From the NCBI GenBank assembly GCA_030390025.1, contig CM059432.1:59398001-59462000 (forward strand): a DNA stretch of 64,000 bases, read 5' to 3'. Below are positions 1 to 12,467 of the stretch, piece after piece. Position 1 is the stretch's first letter; every line of letters begins with the position of its first letter. Below the pieces are notes generated by a model. It saw only the letters and a program-made list of their open reading frames with translations, had not been told where the DNA came from and searched no databases. The position numbers and the translations under genes are program-made. Origin of the DNA: Squalus acanthias. Lineage: Eukaryota.

Positions 1-859
1 ACAGGTGAGACACAGACATAGATTTTCTGAATTTTGGGTGTTATTTTGTGCTAATTTTGGCCAAAGTCAGCTGCAAGGAATTAAATGATTTCTTTGTCAT
101 TAATAAAACAAAATGTCCATAATCCAAAAAAACTAGGAAACCAAAAGTCGAAACACAGGGCACTCAGTGCAACAGCAGGCAATGGACTGGATCAATAAAC
201 AGAAATCTATTTTTTGTGAAATAGTACGTCGTGTGGTGTGGTGCGGGGGGACGGGGGGCTGAGTTTTTCTATCTTGCCAATTTCCTTAAATTTCAAGGCG
301 ATATTAGTATTTTAGGGTTTCAGTATAAAAAACATGTTGGAATTTATTTTAGGAGGTCAATTCTCAGGTTAAAAGCACAAGATCTGTACATACACAAAAT
401 GACATTGAGACATTCATTACGGGTGTGCGTTGTGACATACACAGAAGGTGTTAGAGCTGCCACTGAGTCATACACATTACACAAGGAGATGGAATAAAAC
501 TTCATGCATTAATTAGCTGCCACTAAGATATACAAGACCCCATTTTCTGAAGTTCCAACAGTGGCACAAAGCTTTGCTGGAGGCGGTGGATGGTCAGAAA
601 ATATGGGCACAGCCTTGAGTGCCTAATTCACTGGACACCACATTTTGCAAAGCACAATTTCAGGGGTCAAAGTGAGGTAACACTACAGGTATGCATGAGT
701 CTCATTAGCATGGAAGACATTTATTTACAATTTGTCTTGCATCACTGTGATTTATACACTGCAGCTGCATAGCAGTTCTGTCCCTCTCAGTGATGGCAAG
801 CCAGTCAGGAGACCAGCATATCAAATTAACACAACCCAAAAAAATGGCAGGAGCAGGAA

Positions 860-1050
860 AACACAAACCATGTTCTGTACAAGATATGTACAGAAGCGGA
901 GACATACTCAGTATATACAAGATACAGAGACATTCACTGTGCAGACAGGAACTGAGTGTGACACAATCACTGTACATATAGGAGCTATTATAGAAACATT
1001 CTCAGTACGTACAGGAGCTGTCAGCTACACTGAGACATACACTATACAGC
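860..1050 (+). repeat. Degenerate minisatellite of about 30-35 bp (gagacattcactgtacagacaggagctg-like)
   Basis: Recurring acat(a/t)c(a/t)c(a/t)gt...caggagctg units; related units at about 400-490. Confidence 0.55.
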
Positions 1051-1135
1051 AGAAGACCCTATTACTATTTACCCATTGAGTGAGTACTGTATCGAGACCA
1101 TTTCATTATATTGGAGTGAGAAGCTGTCCCGTAAG

Positions 1136-1445
1136 ACATAAGAACATAAGAAATAGGAGCAGGAGTAGGCCAATTGGCCCCTCGAGCCTGCTCCGCCATT
1201 CAATAAGATCATGGCTGATCTGATCCTAACCGCCAATCTACTATCACAGAACCATCTCCTGAACCTAACAGAATTGGACACACGAAATAGGAGCAGGATC
1301 AGGCTACACGGCCCCTGGGCCCGCTACGCTACCCACAGGGCCATGACTGAGCCGAACCTAGACTCATGTCCAAATTCCTGCCTGCTCCCCATAACCCTTA
1401 ATTCCCTTTACTTCTAGGAAACTGTCTATTTCTGTTTTAAATTAT
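1136..1445 (-). mobile_element. CR1 3' end with a tandemly duplicated, diverged 3' UTR
   Basis: cataagaacataagaaataggagcagg tail nearly identical to the one at 35213; a second gaaataggagcagg unit at about 1284. Confidence 0.8.
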
Positions 1446-1599
1446 GGACATGGTTTCATACCACAAAAGTGGCCCATTACTGGTGTAACACCACATCTCG
1501 TTTTCTGCATTTCTAGATTGGGCCCATTTTCAGGAGTCCACTTATGGAAGAAACCAGTGGCACTGAACCAAAAATAGAATATCCAAAATTTATAACAGT

Positions 1600-2560
1600 T
1601 GAGCATACAGGATCAACACGCATCAAAAATGAACAATTTTAACTAAACAAATGTGATCCTGAATGGATTAATAAACAAATTAAAAGTGAGATAATGAGGA
1701 AAAATTGGCATAGCAGCGGAGGCTGATTTCTGAAGCAATGACAATCATTATATGGGAGCCAATGGACATTGGAGAGGTGCCAGAAGATTGGAATTGGTGT
1801 GGTGTCCATATTCAAAAAGGGTGACAAAACAGATACGGGGAACTGCAGACCCATTAGTCTTCCATTCCATGTAAAATTATGGAATTGATTGCCAGGTGTA
1901 AATTTGAGGCCCATCTCTACAGCTATAACCTATTTAAATTAAAATTCCACATAAAATGCTCTTAGTTAAACTCAAAGTTATGGGCATTCAGGATAAACAC
2001 TGAGAATGGATAAAAAACTGAGTGAAGGGTAGGAAACAACAAGTACTGGTTAGATGAGTAATGTCTGAATGGGGAGGCGGGTGGAGTATCTAAGGGCTTT
2101 GTGCTGTGGCCACTACTGTTTCTAATTTACATAAATTACTTGGATTTAGAACATGCAAACTAGGAGGGGCAGTGAAATCAAAAGAGACAGCTCTTCAGAA
2201 ATGACAGAATAAGGCAATACCTGTACGAGGAAAGACTGCAGAAGCTTCGGCTTTCATTCTGGAAAGGAGACGCCCGAGTGGTGATGTTATAGAGGTATAC
2301 GAGATAGTGAAAGGAACGGAGCAAGTAAACTCAGAATATAATTTTAAATTAAATTGTGAGATTAGAACGAAGAGACACAGGTTCAAACCAGTTAAAAGAT
2401 CATTTAAGGGCTGATACCAGGAAAATATTTTCACACAAAGAGTGATCAACATGTGGACTAAACTTGAAGATAGAACAACAGAGGCAAAAAGCAATGGAGG
2501 CAAAAATCCAGAAATAATTTAAGAAATATTGGATGCTAAAATGGTGGGGAGGGCTTCAGG
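1600..2560 (+). mobile_element. Old, decayed CR1 ORF2 fragment
   Basis: Remnants gaggtgccagaagattgg (EVPEDW), ttcaaaaagggtgac, agacccattagtct and ttcacacaaagagtgatcaac. Confidence 0.7.
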
Positions 2561-2624
2561 ATCTTTCTGGATTGAAAATTTAAGATATAACTATCTTGTG
2601 ACAGCAATTTTAAAAGAGTTTAAC

Positions 2625-2880
2625 ACAGGAACATAGGAATTGCTAGACGAAAAATGACCAAGGTCCATCTAGTTCGCCTTCTACCTTCCTGGCAGTCGCT
2701 TGACACAATGATAACAGAGTTGACTAATCATAGCAAGCAATCTCTATCAATTAGTCTACAACAGACCCAGACATGACACGAGGAAAACCCCAGTGCCGGA
2801 GAGCTTTAGGAACCATAGGTCCAAAGTCAGAAGTTCCTTCCAAGCCTGCCACATTTACCACATGTCATGTCTCAAATTAC
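2625..2880 (-). mobile_element. Probable CR1-family 3' terminus of a different subfamily
   Basis: ggaacataggaa tail followed by gaccaaggtccatctagtt, resembling CR1 3' ends. Confidence 0.5.
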
Positions 2881-3439
2881 TCATATACTGTATCCCAATT
2901 GTATTTAGATTCCAAAGAATCTCAGAAGCTACAAAAGGATTGACTGGGAAATGCATATCCAGTTTTGTACAGTACTCAGCAATGAAGCTGCAATCCGTAA
3001 ACGTATATTGGTTTTCCTTTGTTTGGTTAGCTGTGTGTGACAGGTGAATAAACCATGGAATTTGATAACAAAGTTCTTCCTCCAGTGGGTTCCAGGTTGA
3101 AAGCAACTCCAACAGAATGCTAATCAATCTGCAAATGTTAAACCATAAAGTAAAACTCCAATCTCTATGAATTAAATCAGTTGACCCACTGTGCCTGTAC
3201 CAGTGCTTATGATAACTCCACCTCAGAACTATCTTTTTTTTCTATATGCTGATGAACCTGTTTGTTTCTAGCATTTCTGTTTATATTTCTGATTTCTAGC
3301 ATTTTGTTTTTCTTTTAACAGAGAACCATCATGTCCCTGCTTTTTTCACATGTCCTTGAATATTCTTCAAGTGTTCATTTAATCCTTAATTTTAATGATC
3401 AACTTGATTTGAATAACCAATGATAATTAATTCAATATT

Positions 3440-3990
3440 CTAATTGCCAATATTAGGACCAGAAGCAAAAAGGGGGCTAAGAAAAGTAAGAATATTACAC
3501 CATGTGGAAATTACAGGCCTACCTCGCTGCTTTATGTGAACTATGAATTATTTAGCTAAAATCCTGGCAACAAATGTTGGGTTTGCATCCTCCCACACAA
3601 TTCACAAGGACCATATTGATGTTGTAAAATGACAATATTTCTCCAATAGTTAAGGAATCGCTCCCATTTATTATCTTGCTTGTCACACAGCTGTCACTCT
3701 GCTTAGTCCCATCACTGGATGTGGAGAAAGCCTTTGGTAGGATGGAGTGGAAATATTGATAGAAGTTTGATTTTGAGTCAACTTTATTCAACAGATTCAA
3801 AACAATGCACTTAGCTCCCTTACCATCAATTTTGCTGAACAGTACAAGCCCTTCTAGTTGGGCTAGGTATTTGGTACAACTGCCCTTCACTCCTACTACT
3901 GTTCGTAGTACCCACTGGAGAAGAGTACTGAATCCATGGTCTTAGCGTTAAAGACAAAAGCATTGCTGATGTTTTGTAGCTTATTCAAAA
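3440..3990 (+). mobile_element. Highly decayed L1/Tx1-clade RT fragment
   Basis: gctaaaatcctggca (AKILA), tcactggatgtggagaaagccttt...atggagtgg (SLD.EKAF..MEW) and a decayed GCPLSPLLF block. Confidence 0.6.
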
Positions 3991-4159
3991 TCCCCGATTC
4001 TTGATCCCACCATGCTCAGCTTAATTTTCAAATTGGGGAATATATCAGGTCATCTGAATAAGTTAGTGGCAGGTGTCACTAAACAGGCAACACCTCAATT
4101 GGGATATAAAACATTACAACTTTCAACGTTCTCCCAAAAGAACGATGGGGTTATTTTTG

Positions 4160-4800
4160 TTTGTGACACAGATTGGGCGGGCAGTGAACAGGGCAACTGC
4201 TCTGCCCACTCAATGATATTGGAGGGAAGTCCAATTGATTTTTGTGGCCAGACCTCATTTAAATATTGGAGCCAAGCTGCCGGCGCTAATTGTGCTGCTT
4301 ACAGGCAAGTCGCCATTTAAGAGAATGGGAAATACAGCTGCATGCTGCTGCTTAAAGCCAGTCTGCAGCTCTCAAAGGAGGTAGCGTTTTCAATGGTGGT
4401 GACTGGACAATGCATTACTGAGGCAGCAAGCAGAATGACAATGGCCAGAGCACCCCTATTTTCAGATATTGCCATGGAGATGCTTGTGGAACAAGTAAGG
4501 ACCATCAGGAGGTCCTCTCTCCTTCAGATTGGTGATAGTTGCCACAGCAAATTAGCCAGCAGTGATGGAGAGAGGTAGCTGGGCAGGTGACTACCAGCAG
4601 CATAGTTCCTAGGACCCGGCTGCAAGTGCAGGAAGAAATGTAATGACCTTACCAGGATTGCCAAAGCAAGTCTCCTCTTCCCATCTCTCTATACAGCCCT
4701 GAAACACCAGACATTAGCTCGAGCACTACGGCCCTCACAACTACTTTCCCTTCTTGCCCTCACTTGCCGCTTCTTCCTCCCAGCATTCACACTATGCTAA
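4160..4800 (+). mobile_element. Harbinger end with Myb/SANT exon-1 relic
   Basis: MARAPLFSDIAMEMLVEQV and CRKKCNDLTRIAK. Confidence 0.7.
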
Positions 4801-6937
4801 GCTGCCTCACGTATATTCACAACCCTTTAAAACAGGGAACACACTAACCCACTCCTATTCATCAAGGCATAAAATTGCCACGGTTTACAAGTTTAGTGAA
4901 AAAAATCAGCACAAGTACAAAACTGATTCTCACTCTGTATGAAAGCCAACTTTTCATGAAAATTTTTGTCAGAAGGAACAGCCAGAATTTTATCTGCGCA
5001 ATAGCATCTTACTCAAACCAACTACCAAAATATGCAACTAGAGAAATATTGTACATTTATTGAATGTTACAAGCTCTCATCTGTCGTCATTCCACATTAT
5101 TTTCCATTTCTCCAGTTTCTGCCAGACTCTTTGCTGAGGTTTGATGCCACCGGCACAGGCAGCTCACCCAAGGGGCCATTCTTCATACGTGCAATTAAAC
5201 AGTGAGTGTCGCCAGCCTATTCAACTGTCCTCATCCGAGACCAGACATGCAGGCTTTCCAGGTGGGTCACAAGATAGGGATCAGGAGTAAGAACACTTGG
5301 GGATTTCTCTCATCACTAGTCCAGGGGCACTGAGGCCAATTGTAGCGACCTTGTCATCCATCTGAGCTCAGCTAACAGCACAGACTGGTGGTTAAACAGG
5401 GCTTAGCACTAAACTGGGTGATAGATTTACCAAATGAGCCATCAGAGGAGCTTTAAACACACCTCTTGTTGGAGAATTGGATAAACAAATAATGAAAAAA
5501 ATATCGAATTTACACCATGGTATCTTTAAAATATTCATGATAATGCACCAAATTCTATGTAGTCCCTTGAGAAATACATTTTTTCCTTAATTTTAATACT
5601 ACATTTTTTACAGCCTCTGAATAAATAGAACACTGGAATTGTATGGGGTTACTTTGATAACTTTGAGTAATGAATTTTCTGGCAAGGCATTTGCACCTAT
5701 TTACACAAAAATATACCCAGTGCAACTACGTCCCAATTCAATTTCCTTAATGGAAAAGAAAATCACTGAAATCTAAACTTACTGATTTTTTCATTGAAAA
5801 TCACATCAGAAAAGATATATGATAGATTTTAGAAATTGATGAATGATACCACTTACTTAATGGTGCACAATTACAAACCTTGAAAAAGCAAGGGGGCACA
5901 ACAACCTCAACAAAAAGTGCAATTATTATGTTTACAAATATGTGAAGCTAGTATTTGCCAATGACGGGAAGTGAAATGCAGAAACACAGTAGTAATAGTG
6001 GATTCCACAGGCAGGGGAATAAACAGGTGTTTCTGTAGCTGCAACCAGGGATCTCAACTAGTGTGCTGCCACCCAGGTGCCAGAGTCGGGCATATCACAG
6101 AGCAGGTGCAAAATATTTGAGGGCAGTGGAACAGCCAGAAGTGGAACCAACAACATAGGAAAAATAAAATTGGTGTTCTGAAAATGAAGTTTCAGCAACT
6201 AAGCAATAGATTAAAGAACAGGGCCTCGAGGGTAGCAATCTCAGCACTGCTCCCACATGCCACAGTCTAGAATAGCAAGATAAGGGAGTTAAATGCGTTG
6301 CTAGAGATGACGTAGGAGGAAAAGGTTCAGGTTCCTTGGGATACAGCCATATTTTTTGATTGTCTCCCCTCCTTGAAGGCTGAGGCACTGACTGAAACTA
6401 TATATTCTGGTGATGCTCGACCATGCTCTGTACACTGAGAGCTTGTGATAAGCCCAGCGATACCGTTTATCGTTTGCCGCCCGCAAATACCTTCCACAGC
6501 CACTGGGAAAAGAAAGTTACAAACTGCAGCCTAAAGTAAATGCACATAGAATCGACACTAAAATATAAAAGGGCCAGATACCACAAGCCTGTGCAATGTT
6601 AGAGAATCATGTGGAAAATAGCAAGAATGGGGGAGAAACTATGGAACGTATACCTGAATATACAAAAACCGTTTAGAAGAGATATGAGAAGTGCAAAAAT
6701 GGCCTTGTAGATGAAAATAGCTAAAGAAACCAAGTGCAGTAATAAAACATTCTTCCAGTATTGTAAAAGCAAGAGCAATTAAGATAGGAAGCTAGAATTC
6801 TGGAAGAAAAAGTGGAGGTGACATTAAAGAGAAAATAGTCAAAATACTACATAAATATTTTCTGCAGGTACTTACTAAAAAAGGACACAAATATGTTGTT
6901 CAATTGTTAAAATGCTTCAAATATCCTACAAGACTAT

Positions 6938-8286
6938 GGCCTAGAAATTCGATTAAGCCCGAAAACGGGCGGTGCCACCGTGGGCCAAGGTTAACGGCCG
7001 CCTGTAAAAGAGCGCAGACAGCACCAGTATTTTGGTGCTGCCTGCTGACTTAAATGAGCGCAGCACAGAACCTCCCATGTAACGCACTCTTTCAGGCAAT
7101 AAAATCAGCAGGAGGCCGAAGGTCGGGTCTAAAGTATCTGTTAGACGTTATCAGGAAATCGCGATTGATGAAAGTGAAGTGAAATGTTTCCGGTTATGTT
7201 TCTCGGTTGACAGAGAGGGTATGCAGGATAAAACAAAGTGCAAAAATACACTAATGTCATATTTTAAAGAATGCAACCAATATTACCGATTCTACTCCCT
7301 AGAATACAAATAAAAACAGCCAATTCTTTTAATACGTGCATAGTGAATAAGCTTTGTTATTAAAGAGGCTTTTCACTGTAACTCTTTTTAAGAGTATATC
7401 TCTCTCGAAAGTAGCCAGATAAGCATTTTGAAAGGGCAGTGTTGTACTGGAATTGGGAGACTTGTTTGCAATACTGGATGTCAGAGCTGGCATAGGTGAT
7501 CCATGATTCCTTCCTGAATAGACCAAGAGATGTGAAAAGTTTACTGGAGACCCTGAACACCAGAATATCGATACGAGTAACTGCAGATGTAAAAATTCCT
7601 TCAGAAAGAGGAAAAAGTCGTTAGGTCTCTTAATTGAAAAAGTAATACTTCAGAGGAGCAGGATGCATATTCAATACGGACACTTGTAACAAAAACAGTA
7701 AACATTTACAAAGCCCAAATATCATTTCATTTCCAGTTTACTGACAACTGCAAGCGCTTATTAGTAAGATTTGAAAATCTGGTGTACAAGTGTACGTTTT
7801 GAGTTATACAACTGACCAACAGCAATGGATCAGGCTTTTAGATGCATTACAAGTCCCTCAGACTATTTGTAACCATATGCTGTTCTGTACACATTACGTG
7901 CCAGAACTCACTGACCTGCTCCAGTTTGAGTGCTGGCATCTAACGTGTATAGAACAGGCATTCAATCTGCTGATGAGTTTCTGCAGCAAAGACCACGAGC
8001 CATCTCACTGGACTGGACATACTCTGCATAGCTATTGAAGACTTTGGTGGAGACTTTCTCCTGGCTCTACGCACTGGCGACGGCTGCACGCACGGGCGTG
8101 GATCAAGTCGGCGTGACGTCAAGCTCCTGATCATTAAAATATTTGAGGCGAAAGCAGCAGGTAATGACAGAGCTGCTGACCTGCCAAACATGGCGGCCAC
8201 GTTCCGCGCCGCAATTGGGTGGGAGCAAGGTGGCCCCCATTTTTTCTTCAAAACTGGACGGCGCTAAAGGTTCCAATTTCTAGTCC
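6938..8286. mobile_element. Non-autonomous TIR element (Harbinger-like)
   Basis: ggcctagaaatt ... aatttctagtcc; CpG-rich subtermini; interrupts the old CR1 relic. Confidence 0.75.
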
Positions 8287-8774
8287 ATTGTGGCATATGT
8301 ACTGGGCAAGATAAAAGAGACTGAAGACAAAAAATACAAGGCTGTTAAAGAAGACCTACAAAATTTGGAGAGCACTGGCTTACATCATTAGAGAATTATT
8401 GAATGTTTGACACGCACCACAGGATTATGTTTGTGACGCACCACAGGATTGAAAGCAGGTAAATTTAATACCTATCTATCTATACCATATTAACTTCATA
8501 TGTCAGCACACATCAGACATCACACTCCAGATGGCAGAGTTATTAGAGATGCATAACAATCTGTGAGATGCATAACAATCTGTGAAATGCAGATTGAAAG
8601 CACCCAGCATTTTAACCTCCAGCCAAACATAATCCAATTTGCAAACTTCTCTCATCAACCAACAATAAAACTTTGAGTAACCTCAGGCTAAATTTACTTA
8701 CAGCAATTAGACTTTGTGGCCTTAAGGCAACAGGCTAGCTTCAATATTGGTCAACCTTAGCATATATTTACAAA

Positions 8775-8914
8775 TGATGCGGAGATGCCGGTGTTGGACT
8801 GGGGTGGACAAAAGTGAGAAGTCGCACAACACCAGGTTATAGTCCAACAGTTTTATTTGAAATCACAAGCTTTCGGAGCTGCTGCCCCTTCGTCAGGTGA
8901 AGTGACTTCTCACT
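8775..8914 (-). mobile_element. Penelope-like element terminal fragment with a short inverted end; 12-bp TSD TATATTTACAAA
   Basis: TSD at 8763-8774 and 8915-8926; nearly identical to 37867-37991; carries a hammerhead motif. Confidence 0.8.
8863..8900 (-). ncRNA. Minimal type I hammerhead ribozyme motif (sense to KCNQ3 intron 1)
   Basis: UCAC CUGACGA A GGGGC agca GCUCC GAAA GC UU GUGA. Confidence 0.72.
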
Positions 8915-11427
8915 TATATTTACAAAGGGAAACTAATCTGATCCAAACAACTAGAAGCCTATGAGCCTAACTTCTATATAAGTCAAAGTAATGGAAACCA
9001 TTCTAAGGGGTAGGCTTGAGTAACACACGTGTAGGAATAACCGAAGAAACAGAAAACATGGTCTTAGTAAGGAAAAGTCAAACCTAAAAACCTCTTATTT
9101 CACAATGTTTAAGTAGACAGTGGGATTTCTTATGATATGGTTTATTCCAAAGGGTTTTGATAAGGTTCTACATGAAAGATTTCTAATTGATCTAAAACCT
9201 GGGAATCCAGGATAAATTATGGGATTGGATAGAAAATTAGCTGAAGGACAGGAAACAGTGAGATTGTTTGTCAGAATAGGGGGAATTCTGCAGGAGTTAT
9301 TGCTTGAACCACTGTTGTATTTTATTTACATAAATGACCTGGAGTCAAGTGTTAGATTGTCAAATTTGTGAACAATTAAAATGGTTACAGCATTAAAATG
9401 CAATGATGCAGCAAAAGAATCTGGATTATTTATACGAACATATGGTAGATGAAATCTTACTGACAAATACATGGTGAGCCACATTGGCTGAAATAATATA
9501 CAATAATACAAAATAAATGGACTATAATTAGTGCACAGAAACTCAAAGTAGTAATACTGAACTTGACAATGTCAATGTCTAGACAATGTGATGAGTCAAT
9601 TAAAAATGCTAGCAAAATTCTGTGATATTTAGCCAGAACAGTGGTTTAAGTTTAAGGTTCTGTAATCAAGTGAAATCTGCTGTACTGATTTTCAACTACA
9701 ATCTATCTTTAGCCGTGAAGAAACTGGATTCAGACTTTATAGCCTGAATCACATAGTATAGGAGAGTATTTATTCTTCTGCTATCTGAAGACTAAGAACA
9801 CAAAAGAACTTGTCAATTCCAGGATACTACATATTGTAATGGAGCTGTCTGTTCAACCCTGTGTAAAGATGTATTACCAGATAATGTGTATGTGAAAAGT
9901 CACATTCCGATTGATAGGGGGTGAGGGCTAACGGGAGTGATCTTTGGTGCTGTGCACAAGAGAATTATCTGGTGGAAGCTTAAAAACATAACAGCTTATG
10001 AATTTGATTTCCTTTCCATTCTCATGAACAGAAACCATCATCATAGGTGCAACATGGTTTCATATTTACACTACTTTTCTGAATTTACACAATTACATTA
10101 CTTCACACTCTTCAGTTTAGTAAGTTCCAGCTGCATAAATACGGAGGAATGGCAACAGCACTACCATCCACGTAATAAATATTGAATACATTACATTGTA
10201 TATTATATTTTATTTTTAATTATACAAGAGTGTGTTCAAAGATGATGTAACGGAACCTTGCTCTCTTGACTACACACAACAGTCAAGCTTCATTTCTGTG
10301 GGTCATGATGTCACCAGATTGTGTTACACCCTTGCAACACTCCTTGACATCTATTAATCTCTCATGTTATGTTGAAAAACATAATATTTTGACTGTACTT
10401 GTACACAAGTGTAGACTCTAGTATATCAATAGGTTTAACAAAGTGTCTAAGTGGAAGACGTGTCCTTCGATTACAATGGTTAATGGGACCCGAATGATGA
10501 GAGGGCATGTTTCTCCCACCAGAAGGATATAAGGAAAGAAAGGGTAAACTTTGCTTTGGGCAAAGTGCATGCCCATATACAAAGGCGGAGGCAACATGTG
10601 CTACAATCTCTATACCTCCACACACTAGCCATTCCCATTGGAAAGTAGAGAGAAATCATTTTCTAGTGAAAGCAGAAAATTGATTTTTTTTAAAGCTGAT
10701 TAAATCTCTCTCTAAATAATATTAACTGATTTTTTAAATTGAATTTGCCTATAAATTTTCTCCCACACCTGGAGTGATTTCTTGTGTAGATGTAGGTTTA
10801 GAAGTACAAACAAAACTGTGGCAAAGTCAGTTATTGCATATCATTATCCAGGAGAATCCGCTCTCACTGGACTCCACGTTACAGCTTCACACAAGGTTCA
10901 GCAGCTTATTCCGTGACTGGTAGACCAATAATAATGCCCTGATCGTTATGGTGCCATCTAAACCTCCACCATACTGCACACCAATAGCCAAGTTCCTAAA
11001 TCAGATTTAGGTGTGGCTCTCTGGCACCAACGCACAATGTGTCCAGCAACAAAACAGATTCCCTTTTGTTATTATTTTACCTGAAATCATACAGGACTGT
11101 GCAAGAAATAACAGCATGGCGAAAGACATCGTGTGTGCATAGAATTTGACAGTTAATTATATTAAAATCATTTAAATAAAAATATATATTATATACTGAG
11201 TGAAATAAATTATAATTAACGTTTATTAACAGCGGTGACGAACGGCTGCCAAGGTTTGTGTTTGACTGACTTCAGGAGTAATACGAAGATGCCTTGTGCC
11301 AGTATTTTGGGGGTTAGACAAAGCGAGATATGGTCATTGTAATTTCATGCAACAAAACAGGAAGAAATCAGAGTGAAATCGCCCTGTTGTGCTACAAATA
11401 TGAAAGGAGGTTGCGACGAGTACTTAC

Positions 11428-11744
11428 ACGAAGGCGTGATAGACCAGTGCCCATCCTCCGGGTCTCTCCAGTGCATCATAGATAAAGTTCTGCAGTTTTC
11501 TGCATGTTGCTTTCCTCTTGCTTGGTCGTCTGTAGCTCAGGGGTTTGGTCAGGAGGCTGAGACCTTGCTTCGCTCCCGGTTTGCTGTCTTCTTTGCTCCG
11601 TCCTTCGAGAAGCAAAGCGCCGTCACGGTCCGCCCCGGAGCTCAGCCCCAGTCCCACCACCCCGGGCTCGGAATCAGCGGCGAAACCCACCCGCAGCTTC
11701 TTGCCATCGCCAGAGCCATCACCATTCCTGGACTTGAGCCCCAT
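11428..11744 (-). CDS. KCNQ3: First coding exon of voltage-gated potassium channel KCNQ3 (Kv7.3) N-terminus, up to the start of S1
   Basis: Translation MGLKSRNG...GADRDGALLLEG...RKLQNFIYDALERPGGWALVYHAFV matches the KCNQ2/3 N-terminus; MGLK, GAD(K/R)DG.LLLEG and IYDALERP are KCNQ3-like. The start has strong Kozak context (ACCATGG). The exon ends in phase 2 within the Val codon at a GTAAGT donor (11427-11422). DNAAF11 upstream on the same strand supports KCNQ3 over KCNQ2. Confidence 0.92.
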
Positions 11745-11853
11745 GGTCAGTAGGCACGCCGATCCTCAATGTAGGCAGGGTGGCAGAAAGCGTGGAGAAA
11801 GCAAATGCCATGGCTCGTAAACAGAGACCAGAGCTCAAACGGAGAGGTCCCAT
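11719..11853 (-). other. Out-of-frame upstream ORF overlapping the KCNQ3 start codon
   Basis: ATGs at 11853 and 11811 (GCCATGG context) lie in one frame that stays open to TGA at 11721-11719, past the main ATG at 11744. Confidence 0.5.
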
Positions 11854-12467
11854 CAGGATCTTTGGGGAGTGGAATGATCTCTCTCTGTCTCCCTCTTTTA
11901 ATCAGGTCGGATGGTGAGCATCACGCCCCTCACTTGCTTTTTTTTACCTGTTGTTGTAACGGATGCAGCCCTCAAGAAGAGCTGTGATTTAGTGAATGTT
12001 TGCACTGTGTTGTTACCGAGAGCTGGAATGTGGATTTGCTGGAAGGATTTTTCGGGAGGGAGGGAATATCGATGGCTGAAGCCAAAGGATATATTCTGGA
12101 TCCAGGAAGCACAGAAGCAGGTTCAGCCGATCTGCTCGTTTCACGCCAACACGTGACCAGCATCACAATTTGCATCTTTTAAAGACATTGGGCCACTTTC
12201 CACGGATCTTGATATAACCAATTTTAAGGACGACTTTTGTATGTGCAATTTCAATTTTTTTTTCAAATTATATAATGAATATACTTAAAAGAAGCAATGC
12301 CTCTTTTTTGACTACAATATACATCAACCCTGTCCTAACAACCCCCTGTGTAATATTTTCATCCCAAAATACTTTCCCTAATTTTAGTTTGCTTTTTATT
12401 TACAGTTGTAAAATACCAACATTTTCCACAGCTTCCAGTCATTTCCTCACAACACTCTTGTTTCTGG
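11745..12467 (-). promoter_or_regulatory. KCNQ3 5' UTR / proximal promoter region
   Basis: Repeat-free segment between the KCNQ3 ATG and the first CR1 insertion. The exon and adjacent sequence are CpG-rich relative to the flanks. The TSS cannot be determined from sequence. Confidence 0.5.

Larger units (their letters stand above)
6500..9650 (+). mobile_element. Very old CR1 ORF2 relic split by a MITE and a Penelope-like insert
   Basis: Decayed motifs gattccaaagggttttgataagg (D..K.FDK), tggatagaaaattagctg and ttacataaatgacctgg (YINDL). Confidence 0.55.

Noticed and set aside
732..1079. 115-aa Thr-rich ORF
   Set aside because: Derives from a degenerate minisatellite and is antisense in KCNQ3 intron 1.
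8407..8590. Short tandem duplications (acgcaccacaggatt x2; gagatgcataacaatctgt x2; similar ones at about 39405 and 56400)
   Set aside because: Ordinary slippage duplications with no evidence of function.
11373..11820. Plus-strand ORFs of 126 and 91 aa over KCNQ3 exon 1
   Set aside because: Antisense shadows of a GC-rich coding exon with no independent support.
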